A program made the translations under genes and the position numbers. 21,531 nt of DNA, taken from Methanobacteriota archaeon (lineage in GTDB: Archaea; Hydrothermarchaeota; Hydrothermarchaeia; Hydrothermarchaeales; JACRDW01). Under the pieces are notes generated by a model. That model worked only from the letters and a program-made list of their open reading frames with translations. It had not been told where the DNA came from and did no database searches. Below, piece by piece: positions 1-8,595 of the stretch (position 1 is the first letter of the stretch; every line of letters begins with the position of its first letter). The stretch is from the NCBI GenBank assembly GCA_043820925.1, contig JBDRDL010000067.1, forward strand, positions 1 through 21,531, read 5' to 3'.

Positions 1-1
1 G

Positions 2-928
2 CTTTCAGAAACCCTCTCCTTCCTAAAATCAGAGCAGTACAGGGCAACAAGGCTGGAGAATCAGCTTGGCGAGTTCAAGGAAAAGTACCAGAATTTACAG
101 CTTGCATTCGAGGACAAGTCTAAGGAAGTAAGAACTTCACAGCTTCAAGTTCAAAAGCTTGAAGGAGACTTAAGCCGAAAAGATGAGCTAATTTCAGCAA
201 AGGTTTCTGCTATAGAAAAGCTGATAGAAAATTCTGATACCCTAAGAGCAGAGATGGACATCTTAAAAGAGAGGACAGCTGGGAGGGACGCCAAGCTTTC
301 TGAATACGAAGAGAAAATCTCAAGTTTAAATGCCAGAGTTGAGAGGCTGCAGGAAGAACTAAGCTCGAAAGATGAGGCAGTTCAGAAGCTGGGAGGAGAC
401 GCAACTCAGAGAGATAGGTTGATTGCAGAAAAGACGCAAGAGATAGAGAGGTTAAGAGCAAACCTGGCTGAGAGAGACAGTAGAATTTCGAGTCTAGATG
501 CTGCGGTAAGAGATTTGAAAGCAAAGGAAGCAGCGATTCTTGAGAAAGACCTGAGGATAAAGACATTGGAAGAGGAGCTGCAAGCTCAAAAAGATAAGAA
601 CATTTACTTCAACATCGGCATGATGATGAAGAAGTATCTCATAGACTCATTTACACTAGCGACCGCTGGCGGAGAAATAATCGGCTCTACGAGCAAAACA
701 CCGCAGGAAGACGCAGCGCAGGCGAGAGCTCTGTGGTCTCAGGTTAAAGGAGGGGAAGGAGAACTCGGCAGGGTGGAAATCGTCGGCAGGGAAGCGAAGT
801 ACCTGTTTTTCATACCGCACGGAAGCACGCACATACTCTCTCTACTAAAATCCGAGAAGAGAATAAGCAGCGAGATGCTGGATGCAATGGCAGAGGACTT
901 GAAGGCAGCTATAGGGCTGTTATTCTAA
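2..928 (+). CDS. Long coiled-coil protein with C-terminal roadblock/LC7 (profilin-like) domain; 5'-partial
   Basis: The frame is open from base 2 (LSETLSFLKSEQYRATRLENQLGEFKEKY...) into the 254..928 ORF, so the start lies outside the window. About 200 aa are E/K/L/Q-rich heptads. The last ~105 aa (IDSFTLATAGGEIIGST...EDAAQARALW...YLFFIP...ILSLLKS...MAEDLKAAI) follow the roadblock alpha-beta-beta-alpha-beta-beta-beta-alpha pattern. Confidence 0.8.
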   Translation, partial: LSETLSFLKSEQYRATRLENQLGEFKEKYQNLQLAFEDKSKEVRTSQLQVQKLEGDLSRKDELISAKVSAIEKLIENSDTLRAEMDILKERTAGRDAKLSEYEEKISSLNARVERLQEELSSKDEAVQKLGGDATQRDRLIAEKTQEIERLRANLAERDSRISSLDAAVRDLKAKEAAILEKDLRIKTLEEELQAQKDKNIYFNIGMMMKKYLIDSFTLATAGGEIIGSTSKTPQEDAAQARALWSQVKGGEGELGRVEIVGREAKYLFFIPHGSTHILSLLKSEKRISSEMLDAMAEDLKAAIGLLF

Positions 929-942
929 TTGGGGTGAGGTGC

Positions 943-1416
943 ATGATGAAGGACGTAAATTTCACATTCCTCTGGTTAATACTGCTTTTACTGGCTTCGA
1001 TGGCAGGCATGTCTCTCTATTACCAGGATACATACGGCGATGCGCTTGAAAGGTACACAGCCACAAAAAGCGAATTAGAGAAAACTGCCTCAGAAGCAGA
1101 AGCAAAGGAAAGTACCTTAAACAAGGTACTGTTAGAACTCAACATAGCAAAGGAGAGGGAAGCGGTTCTGAGCGGAAAGTACGATACTTTGAGAGGAGAG
1201 AAGGAAATCCTGGAGAATGAGAAGAAAAACCTCCGGATACAGCTGAAAGATACTCAGAGCGAATTGGCTTCGCTGAAGCTTGAGTACAGCAGGCTGCGTG
1301 AAGATTTAGCAAGTCTGCAGCGCAGGACAAATGCTCTGGAAAGCCTGGCAAGTGCGTTACTCAGCCAGAACATTGAGCTGCAAAATCAGCTGAGCGCTTG
1401 CGAAGCAAGCAAGTAG
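943..1416 (+). CDS. Membrane-anchored coiled-coil protein
   Basis: GGGGTGAGG RBS at 931-939 and ATG at 943/946 (the track's GTG at 934 lies inside the RBS). One N-terminal hydrophobic helix (FTFLWLILLLLASMAGMSLYY) is followed by ~125 aa of continuous heptad repeat. Confidence 0.85.
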   Translation: MMKDVNFTFLWLILLLLASMAGMSLYYQDTYGDALERYTATKSELEKTASEAEAKESTLNKVLLELNIAKEREAVLSGKYDTLRGEKEILENEKKNLRIQLKDTQSELASLKLEYSRLREDLASLQRRTNALESLASALLSQNIELQNQLSACEASK

Positions 1417-1427
1417 GCAGGCGCGGA

Positions 1428-2177
1428 ATGTACGAGTTTGTGGATAAGGTAAGGGAAATAAGAAGCGCAATCTTAAGGCTTAGAATATTTGAGACTCTAT
1501 TAGATGCAGTAGTGCTTTTCCTTTTTTTTAGCCTGATTTTTCTGCTGCTCAGAGTTAAAGTAATCTACGCTCTTATTCCTTCCTTCGTTTATTTTTTGTT
1601 CAGGGCAGTTAAAAGCAGAGACGCTTTTCAGATGGTAGAAGAGAGATATTCGAACTTCAAAGAAAGGCTCAGAGCTGCATACGATAACAGAGAAAAGGAC
1701 AATATAATCGTTAGAGACCTGAGCGATAAAATATCCAGGGAGATGGACAGCGTGAGATATTCTTCTTTCTTAAACAGCAAGAAAGCGGCTGGAAAAATAC
1801 TGCTCTCGATTTTTCTTGCATTCATTATTTTATCTATAACCTTTAAATTCGATGTCCTGCTTGTTGAAAAGCCGGTCAGTGCAGTAGAAGAAGCTCAAGC
1901 AGGTGAAACTCCGGGAGCAGGCGGCTTGGGCGAGAGTACTATACAGGACATATTCGGAGCGCCATCGGTAGCAAAAATCGAGGGCGAGAAGTTGAAACTA
2001 GAGCTATATCCAGGGGCAGGAGAAATTAAGCTCAGAGATATTAAGGAGAGAAAATTTTCAGAGGTGCAGCATTCGGCGGCAGGAATATCTCCAGCCGAAG
2101 CATTCTCTGAGGACATACCAGCGAAATATGAGAGCATCGTCAGGGTCTATTTTGAAAAATTGGCAGAGGAAAAATGA
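1428..2177 (+). CDS. Membrane protein of the MoxR/vWA cluster (about 3 TM segments, acidic C-terminal region)
   Basis: ATG at 1428 is preferred to the upstream TTG. Two N-terminal TM segments, an ERLRAAYDN motif, a third TM and a C-terminal IPAKYESIVRVYFEKL helix of the kind seen in MoxR/vWA-cluster proteins. ATGA overlap with moxR. Confidence 0.8.
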   Translation: MYEFVDKVREIRSAILRLRIFETLLDAVVLFLFFSLIFLLLRVKVIYALIPSFVYFLFRAVKSRDAFQMVEERYSNFKERLRAAYDNREKDNIIVRDLSDKISREMDSVRYSSFLNSKKAAGKILLSIFLAFIILSITFKFDVLLVEKPVSAVEEAQAGETPGAGGLGESTIQDIFGAPSVAKIEGEKLKLELYPGAGEIKLRDIKERKFSEVQHSAAGISPAEAFSEDIPAKYESIVRVYFEKLAEEK

Positions 2178-3124
2178 TAGAAGAAAAAGTTTATAGCTCG
2201 GTAAAGGAAACCTTTGGAATAATATCGAGGGAGCTTGAAAAGGCAATCGTTGGTCAGAAGGACGTTATAGAAAATTTGCTGATAGCGCTGCTGTGCGAGG
2301 GGCACGTGCTGCTGGAAGGCTTCCCAGGATTGGGAAAAACCATGATAGTGAGCAACCTCGCAAAAATCTCAGACCTGAAATTCGCCCGCATTCAGTGCAC
2401 TCCGGACATAATGCCAAGCGATATAACCGGCACATACATTATAGAGGAGCAGGAGGGCAGGAAGGTTTTCAGGTTTGAGAGAGGGCCAGTATTCACGAAC
2501 ATCCTGCTTGCGGACGAGATAAATCGTGCAACGCCGAAAGCACAGAGTGCGCTGCTTGAGGCAATGCAGGAAAAGCAGGTAACCCTCGGAAATAAAACTT
2601 ACAAGCTCGAGAGACCTTTCTTTGTGCTCGCAACGCAGAATCCGATAGAGATGGAGGGCACCTACCCTCTTCCAGAGGCGCAGCTAGACCGCTTTCTACT
2701 TAAGGTGCTCGTCAACTACTCAACATTCGATGAAGAGGATAAAATCGTGGATATTTACACGAGCAACGCAGCGCAGCAGGTTAACAAAATCATGGACAGA
2801 GAAACTCTGCTTGCGCTTCAGAAATTAACGAGGCAGGTGCCGATAGGCGAGGAGACAAAAAAATATGCTCTCAAGCTTGTGACTGCGACCAGGGCAAAGA
2901 GCGAGTACATAGAGTACGGCGCATCGCCGAGAGCTTCGATTGGACTGGTATTAACAGCAAAGGCGAGGGCATTAATTCATGGAAGAAATTTCGTCAGCAG
3001 GGAAGACATCAAGGCAATGGCATATCCTGTTATGCGGCACAGGATAATTTTAACCTTCGATGCAGAGAGGAAGGGCATCAGCCAGGATGCAGTTATCAGT
3101 GAGATACTCACGGGTTTGGGATGA
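2174..3124 (+). CDS. moxR: MoxR-family AAA+ ATPase
   Basis: Walker A GFPGLGKT, RIQCTPD, Walker B LLADEINR, ATQNPIE, YPLPEAQLDRF and GASPRA motifs. Confidence 0.97.
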   Translation: MIEEKVYSSVKETFGIISRELEKAIVGQKDVIENLLIALLCEGHVLLEGFPGLGKTMIVSNLAKISDLKFARIQCTPDIMPSDITGTYIIEEQEGRKVFRFERGPVFTNILLADEINRATPKAQSALLEAMQEKQVTLGNKTYKLERPFFVLATQNPIEMEGTYPLPEAQLDRFLLKVLVNYSTFDEEDKIVDIYTSNAAQQVNKIMDRETLLALQKLTRQVPIGEETKKYALKLVTATRAKSEYIEYGASPRASIGLVLTAKARALIHGRNFVSREDIKAMAYPVMRHRIILTFDAERKGISQDAVISEILTGLG

Positions 3125-3978
3125 TAGGCACTGATTTCTTCAAGGAGCTCGACAGATTCAGCTTCATGATTAGGAAAAGAGTTTCGAGCGTGTATTCCGG
3201 AGCAAGGAGAAGCATAAGGCAGGGGAAGGGCATAGATATCTACGACTTCAGGGAGTACTTTCCTGGCGACGACATTAAATCTGTGGACTGGAAGTTGTAT
3301 TCACGAACCGAAAGGCTTTACATCCGCAGGTTCGAGGAGGAGAAAAACCTAACCACGCACATTCTTGTTGACTCAAGCAAAAGCATGGATTTTAATGGAA
3401 AATTCGACTACGCAGCAATGATTGCGGCAGGCTTTGCATATCTCGTAACCAAGGAGAATGAAAAGTTTTCGCTCGCCACTTATTCAGAAGATTTGAAAAA
3501 CGTCATGCAGCCGAGGAAGGGTAAAAAGCACTTCTTAAATGCAATAGAGCTTCTGAATGGCATAAAACTGGATGGAAGCACTAAACTCGAAACCTGTGCA
3601 GAGCGCTACAGCAGCATGATTAAATCCCGCTCTCTCGTGGTTTTAATTTCTGATTTTCTTGAATCCTTAGCTTCCATACAGAGGGGCATATACAAGCTTG
3701 CCAGGCGCAATGAGCTGATTGTTATTCAGATATTGGATGCAAAAGAAAAGAAATTAAACTGGCTGAGCGGCGACACAAAGGTTTACGATATGGAGAGTAG
3801 CGAAGTAATGCGCACTTACATAAGCCCCAGATTTAAGGCTGAGCATGAGGAGAGATTTGCAGAGCATATTCAGGGGATTAAAAAAACATGCAGAGAAGTG
3901 GACGCAGATTTCTTTTCGATTACGACTGATATTCCCGTTTTTAATGCCTTCTTAGAATTCTCAACCGTGCTGGGGTGA
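3121..3978 (+). CDS. DUF58 (vWA-like) MoxR partner protein
   Basis: DFREYFPGDDIKSVDWKLYSR..LYIRRFEEE signature, MIDAS-like VDSSKSM and LISDF. ATGA overlap with moxR. Confidence 0.95.
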   Translation: MIGTDFFKELDRFSFMIRKRVSSVYSGARRSIRQGKGIDIYDFREYFPGDDIKSVDWKLYSRTERLYIRRFEEEKNLTTHILVDSSKSMDFNGKFDYAAMIAAGFAYLVTKENEKFSLATYSEDLKNVMQPRKGKKHFLNAIELLNGIKLDGSTKLETCAERYSSMIKSRSLVVLISDFLESLASIQRGIYKLARRNELIVIQILDAKEKKLNWLSGDTKVYDMESSEVMRTYISPRFKAEHEERFAEHIQGIKKTCREVDADFFSITTDIPVFNAFLEFSTVLG

Positions 3979-3982
3979 GGAA

Positions 3983-5752
3983 ATGTTTGGCAACTCCGTT
4001 GCGCTCCTGGGTTTTGCAGCTCTTTTACCGATTGTGATGCTCTATTTGGTAAAGCCGAAGCCGAGAAGCGTTGTGATACCCTCTCTCATGTTCATAAGGG
4101 AAATGGAAAAGAAAGAGAGCAAGCTGAACTCGCTGCTGAAAAGATTTGTTAAAGACCCGCTGCTATTAATTCAGCTTGCGGTTTTATTTTTCGCAACGCT
4201 TGCAATTGCCGAGCCTTTCTATTTTTCCAAGGAGAACGTCGAAGTTGAAAACATTGCGCTCGTTTTGGATGCATCGGCAAGCATGCAGGCTACCGACGTT
4301 GCACCGAGCAGATTCGCAAAAGCTGTAGAGCTTGCAAAGAGCGCATTTTCCGAGAAAGACAGAGTAAGCATAGTCGTGGCTGGGAACATTCCAATAGTTG
4401 CGCTCAAAGAAGGCAGCGGCAGCGAGGCGAAGGCCGTGTTAAGTGCCCTAAAACCAAAGGCAACTCCCACGAATCTCAACGATGCTGCGCTGCTTGCGGG
4501 GGAATTGCTGTCAGGAAAAAACAGGAGAATTTTAGTTTTCTCTGATTTTTCAAATGCAGATGCAGCGCTGGCAGGAAAGATTGTGGGTGCGGAGGGAATT
4601 GCGCTGGACTTTTTCAGGGTTGGCGGCGAGGGAAAAAATATCGGAATAGTAGATTTAAGGCAGTTCAGGGAAGGCTATTCAGTTTTAGTAAAGAGCTACG
4701 TTAACAAAGCAGAAAAAATCGGCATCGAAATCTTTCAGAATGGAATTTTAGCAGCCTCTGAAGAAAGAAGCATTCAGCCGCTTTCCAGCGAGGTTTTTGT
4801 TCTCCGCAACATCTCAGGCATTGCTTCAGTGAAGTTGAGATACAGCGATGACTTGCTTTTAGACAACCAAGTCTTCATCGCTGCGCATTCGCCGAGAAAA
4901 CAGAAGATTCTCCTTGTGAGCGAGAATAAAACCTCTTATCTGAAGTATGCGCTTGCTGCGCTTAAGCAGGCAGAGCTCAGTGAGGCAGTTCCTCCAATAG
5001 TGCCCCCGTTCAGCCTTTATGACATCGTAATTATCGATAAAGTCAGCAAAGAATCTTTGCTTCCCGGAACGATAAGAGAGCTTGCGCTGTACGTCGAGAA
5101 CGGCGGAAATTTAATCGTCGTAGCGTCCGAGCATCTCAAGCAGCTTGAAGAGCTGCATCCCCTGCTGCCGGTTGAAATTAAGGAGAGCACCTCCGTAGGA
5201 GGCGTTAAAATCGAAACTGCAAACGAAATTACTAAAGACATAGACTTCGAGGGCGTTGCCGTGAAATATCTCGCTGCGAGCGCAAAAAATTTTTCTATAA
5301 CTCTGGCAAGCGCAGCAGATAATCCTCTGATTTCTCTCTGGTATAAAGGCAAGGGAAAAGCAGCTTATGTCGGAATTCGCCACGAAGCAGAGTGGAGCAA
5401 CTTCCATCTAAAAACTTCTTTCCCAATTTTCTGGTCAAAGTTGGTTGAATTCATGGTCGGCGGCGAGACTAACGAAAATCTAAAGACAGGAAATTTTTTG
5501 CCAACTAGCGACGGGCTTTTCTTGGACGAAGTCGGCATTTACGAAGTCAAGGGAAAAAAGATTGCTGTAAATCTGCTCGACGAAAGGGAATCGAATATCT
5601 CGGTCGCAGTCCTCGAAGGCTTGCAGTACAAGCATGTATTTGAGCGCACAACTATAGAGGTCAAGAAGGAGTTTAAGAACTACCTGCTGTTTGCTGCGCT
5701 GGCGTTGGTCGTCGGGGAGCTGCTATATCTTAGAAGAAGGGGGGAGCTGTAA
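3983..5752 (+). CDS. BatA-like N-terminal domain / vWA / Ig-like / GATase1-like membrane protein
   Basis: BatA N-terminus (LLPIVMLYLVKPKPRSVVIPSLMF...LLLIQL...LAIAEP), MIDAS DASASM...PTN...VFSDF, YVENGGNLIV and GKGKAAY GATase-like segments, C-terminal TM. Confidence 0.92.
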   Translation: MFGNSVALLGFAALLPIVMLYLVKPKPRSVVIPSLMFIREMEKKESKLNSLLKRFVKDPLLLIQLAVLFFATLAIAEPFYFSKENVEVENIALVLDASASMQATDVAPSRFAKAVELAKSAFSEKDRVSIVVAGNIPIVALKEGSGSEAKAVLSALKPKATPTNLNDAALLAGELLSGKNRRILVFSDFSNADAALAGKIVGAEGIALDFFRVGGEGKNIGIVDLRQFREGYSVLVKSYVNKAEKIGIEIFQNGILAASEERSIQPLSSEVFVLRNISGIASVKLRYSDDLLLDNQVFIAAHSPRKQKILLVSENKTSYLKYALAALKQAELSEAVPPIVPPFSLYDIVIIDKVSKESLLPGTIRELALYVENGGNLIVVASEHLKQLEELHPLLPVEIKESTSVGGVKIETANEITKDIDFEGVAVKYLAASAKNFSITLASAADNPLISLWYKGKGKAAYVGIRHEAEWSNFHLKTSFPIFWSKLVEFMVGGETNENLKTGNFLPTSDGLFLDEVGIYEVKGKKIAVNLLDERESNISVAVLEGLQYKHVFERTTIEVKKEFKNYLLFAALALVVGELLYLRRRGEL

Positions 5753-8049
5753 TGTTTGAGCACCCCTACTTATTATTTTTAATAGCCCCTCTGCTGATTT
5801 TGTTTTATTTAAAGAATAAATGGTTGGCAATGAGCAGATTCTTTATAGTTGCGCTAATTTTAACAGCGATTGCAGCGCCGTTCGAGGCGAGGGAGAGCGT
5901 TGTTGAGGGAGAGCCCAGAATAGCTGTTTTGGTGGACAACTCCACGAGCATGGAGCTGTACGGCTTGCAAATTCCAAATGCCAGGCAAATTTCTCCGGGC
6001 AACAGAACAGCTTTAGGGGATGCGATATTCCAGAGTATCACTGCCGGCGATAACGTTCTAGTTTTCACCGACGGCAGCAACAACTATGGGAGAGAGCTGG
6101 CGGACGTTGCCATGATTGCAAGAAGGATAAATGCAACCATCAATGCCGCCGCTCTAACTCCTGAGAAAAATGACGCTGGTGTGAGAATAGAAGGAAACAA
6201 AAAAGTCCTGCTCGATTCAGAGAATGAGTACAAGATAATAATTCAAAAAATCGGCAATGCGTCGAATTATATTCTTGAAGTCAGCGTTGACGGACATTTA
6301 TTTTTTTCTCAGGATGTTGTGCAAAACGAGAAAACCAAAATAATTTCATTCAGATATACATTCAATTCTGGGGGAGCCCACGAGATTAAAGCAAGGATTA
6401 TTGCCCAAGACTACTTCGCTGAGAATAACGTATTCTATAAATCAGTTTATGCTGTTCCAAAACCAAAGGTGCTCCTCGTATCTGAAAGAGACTCGCCGCT
6501 TGCAAAAATTTTGGGCGAGATATATGACGTTGAGATTTCCAATCTTGGAAATCTCAAAAATTATGCAGCAGTTTTTCTGGATGACGTGCCGGCGAGCAAG
6601 CTATCTAAAGAGGATGTAGCATTCCTGAGAGAATACGTGGCAGAGGGCAGTGGATTAGTAGTAGTTGGAGGGCGCAATTCGTACGAGAAGGGCAGCTACA
6701 AGGATTCCATGTTCGAAACTCTTCTTCCGGTGAAGTCGATTAAATCGCAAACAATTGGAAAGGGCGTCGGGGTGGTCATAGCAATTGATATCTCGGGCAG
6801 CACAGGAGCTTTGTTTGGCGAAGCAACCAAGGCAGATGTTGAAAAGGCAATAGCAATAGGCTTGCTCAGAGAGCTGAACAAGGGAGATTTTCTCGGCGTC
6901 GTTGCATTCAATTCAGATTCCTATATTGTAGCTCCTTTCGACGTCTATCCTGACAGGAAGGAAGTCGAGGAAAAGGTGACCAGGCTTAAGTTTGGCGGTG
7001 GTACAATCATATACAGTGCCCAGATAATGGCAGATGCGATGCTGAGCAACTTCTCTGGCAGCAAGAATCTCATTTTAATCTCAGACGGCATCACATCCTA
7101 TCCTGAGGTATCTCTGGAGAGAGCAAAAAGCATGGCTGCTCGAGGGATTAGAACTTATGCAGTTGGAGTCGGTTATGATACCAACGAAGCATTTATGCAG
7201 CAGTTAGCCAGCGCAGGAAACGGCCTGTATTTCAAGCCCGAGGAATACCAGCGCTTGAAAATCGTATTCGGGGAAGAGGAAATAGAGGAGGGAGAGGCAT
7301 ATCCGCTGGCAATAACAACCAAGAATCATTTCATAACCCAGAATGTTGCGCTCAATGCTTCCGTATATGGCTTCAACGATGTTACTGCGAAAACAAATGC
7401 CCAGCTTCTCATAGCTACTGGAGGCAGTCCGGTCGTAACTGCCTGGAGATTTGGTCTGGGAAGAGTTGTTTCCCTAACCACAGACGATGGCACAAAATGG
7501 TCTTCGCTACTTTACAGCGGCGAGAACTCAAAGCTAATCTCTGCTATAGCAAACTGGGCTATCGGAGACCCTGAGAAAGCGAGGGGGACTAAAATAGACG
7601 CTGCTGATGTGCATTTGGGTGAGGCGGTGAATATCGCAGTCACTTCTTCAAAACCTCCAAAAATAAGCATAGACGGAGCGCAGCTTAGAGCCGCAGCCAG
7701 CGATTTAAATTTATACCACGCAACTTTTACTCCAGACAAACCCGGATTTTATCACATAATTGCAGACGGCTATGCAGACATTGTAGCAGTTAATTACCCT
7801 GCGGAATTCATGAACCTGGGCTTCAACGAAGAATTGCTTAGAATAGCAGAAGCAACTGGCGGGAGAGTTTACTCTCCAAACGAGAACTACATAGAAGAAA
7901 TCACCAAGTTTGCAAAGGCAAAAACAAGGAGAAGCGTTATCGAAAAAGTTGACCTTTCATTGCCCTTTTTAATCGCAGCGTTTGCGCTCTTCTTTTTCGA
8001 GGTCGCTGCGAGGAGGATTAAGGAGATAAGGAGATATTTAATTTCATAG
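5752..8049 (+). CDS. Membrane protein with two vWA domains, an Ig/CARDB-like domain and a GATase1-like domain
   Basis: N-terminal FEHPYLL TM segments. First, shortened vWA: VDNSTSM...TALGDAI...FTDG. Ig-like domain ending ENN. GATase1-like (YVAEGSGLVVVGG...LLPV; WRFGLGRVVSLTTD) interrupted by a second, complete vWA (IDISGST, GGGT, LISDG). C-terminal TM. Confidence 0.92.
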   Translation: MFEHPYLLFLIAPLLILFYLKNKWLAMSRFFIVALILTAIAAPFEARESVVEGEPRIAVLVDNSTSMELYGLQIPNARQISPGNRTALGDAIFQSITAGDNVLVFTDGSNNYGRELADVAMIARRINATINAAALTPEKNDAGVRIEGNKKVLLDSENEYKIIIQKIGNASNYILEVSVDGHLFFSQDVVQNEKTKIISFRYTFNSGGAHEIKARIIAQDYFAENNVFYKSVYAVPKPKVLLVSERDSPLAKILGEIYDVEISNLGNLKNYAAVFLDDVPASKLSKEDVAFLREYVAEGSGLVVVGGRNSYEKGSYKDSMFETLLPVKSIKSQTIGKGVGVVIAIDISGSTGALFGEATKADVEKAIAIGLLRELNKGDFLGVVAFNSDSYIVAPFDVYPDRKEVEEKVTRLKFGGGTIIYSAQIMADAMLSNFSGSKNLILISDGITSYPEVSLERAKSMAARGIRTYAVGVGYDTNEAFMQQLASAGNGLYFKPEEYQRLKIVFGEEEIEEGEAYPLAITTKNHFITQNVALNASVYGFNDVTAKTNAQLLIATGGSPVVTAWRFGLGRVVSLTTDDGTKWSSLLYSGENSKLISAIANWAIGDPEKARGTKIDAADVHLGEAVNIAVTSSKPPKISIDGAQLRAAASDLNLYHATFTPDKPGFYHIIADGYADIVAVNYPAEFMNLGFNEELLRIAEATGGRVYSPNENYIEEITKFAKAKTRRSVIEKVDLSLPFLIAAFALFFFEVAARRIKEIRRYLIS

Positions 8050-8102
8050 AACAACTCCAGAGCGGGCGTTTCCTGCGCCTCGTCTAAATATTTTTTCAAT
8101 TG

Positions 8103-8122
8103 TTATATATGTGATTTCACAT
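8103..8122 (+). promoter_or_regulatory. TATA-like element and palindromic operator of the RHH/PIN toxin-antitoxin pair
   Basis: TTATATAT (8103-8110) directly followed by the palindrome ATGTGA-TT-TCACAT (8109-8122), the typical arrangement of an RHH autorepression site. Confidence 0.5.
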
Positions 8123-8290
8123 TTTTCAGAGGTCAGGTGGAGCGAGGTGGCGAGAAAAGCGATAGAGAAGAAGGTGGAAGATTTAGAAATGCTGGAAAAA
8201 CTCACGTCGAAGAGCAAACTCACACAGAGGGATGCAGAGGAAATAAGCAGAAAGATAAACGAAAAAGTCGCTAAAAGGCTGCTCGCATGA
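8111..8290 (+). pseudogene. 5'-truncated VapB-like RHH antitoxin
   Basis: Reads HFSEVRWSEVARKAIEKKVEDLEMLEKLTSKSKLTQRDAEEISRKINEKVAKRLLA*, matching archaeal RHH antitoxins (WSEVARKAI...SKLT). The N-terminal beta-strand/helix A and an RBS are missing. ATGA overlap with the PIN gene. Confidence 0.75.
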
Positions 8291-8595
8291 AAATTGTGCT
8301 TGATACGAATGTACTTATCTCAGCGCTAATTAAAAACTCCACGACGAGAAAATTAATCATAGAACTGGATGACGTTTTGTTTTTTCCAGAACCTTCTTGG
8401 GAAATCCGGGCTGAGCGAAAGCGAATTTAATGCAATTTTTACAAAACTGATGGAATACATAAAAATCGTATTATGGAGAAAATCGACGCTAACGATGTCG
8501 TTTTTATAGCAGCCGCACTCACGGCAGCAAATGCTGTTATATGGAGCGACGATAAATCAGAATTAATTAAACATAGAAAGCGCAGAAAGAGTTAA
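8287..8595 (+). pseudogene. PIN-domain (VapC-like) toxin pseudogene
   Basis: Three segments: MKIVLDTNVLISALIKNSTTRKLII...FFPE (in-frame TAA at 8428-8430); KSGLSESEFNAIFTKLMEYIKIV in a shifted frame (8402-8470); and IMEKIDANDVVFIAAALTAANAVIWSDDK back in the first frame. The PIN motifs DTN, D..F and WSDD are present, but the gene is broken by frameshifting deletions. Confidence 0.85.

Noticed and set aside
2..1416. SMC/Rad50 or chemoreceptor assignment for the coiled-coil proteins
   Set aside because: No Walker B or signature motif, hinge, zinc hook or MCP hairpin motif is visible in the part within the window.
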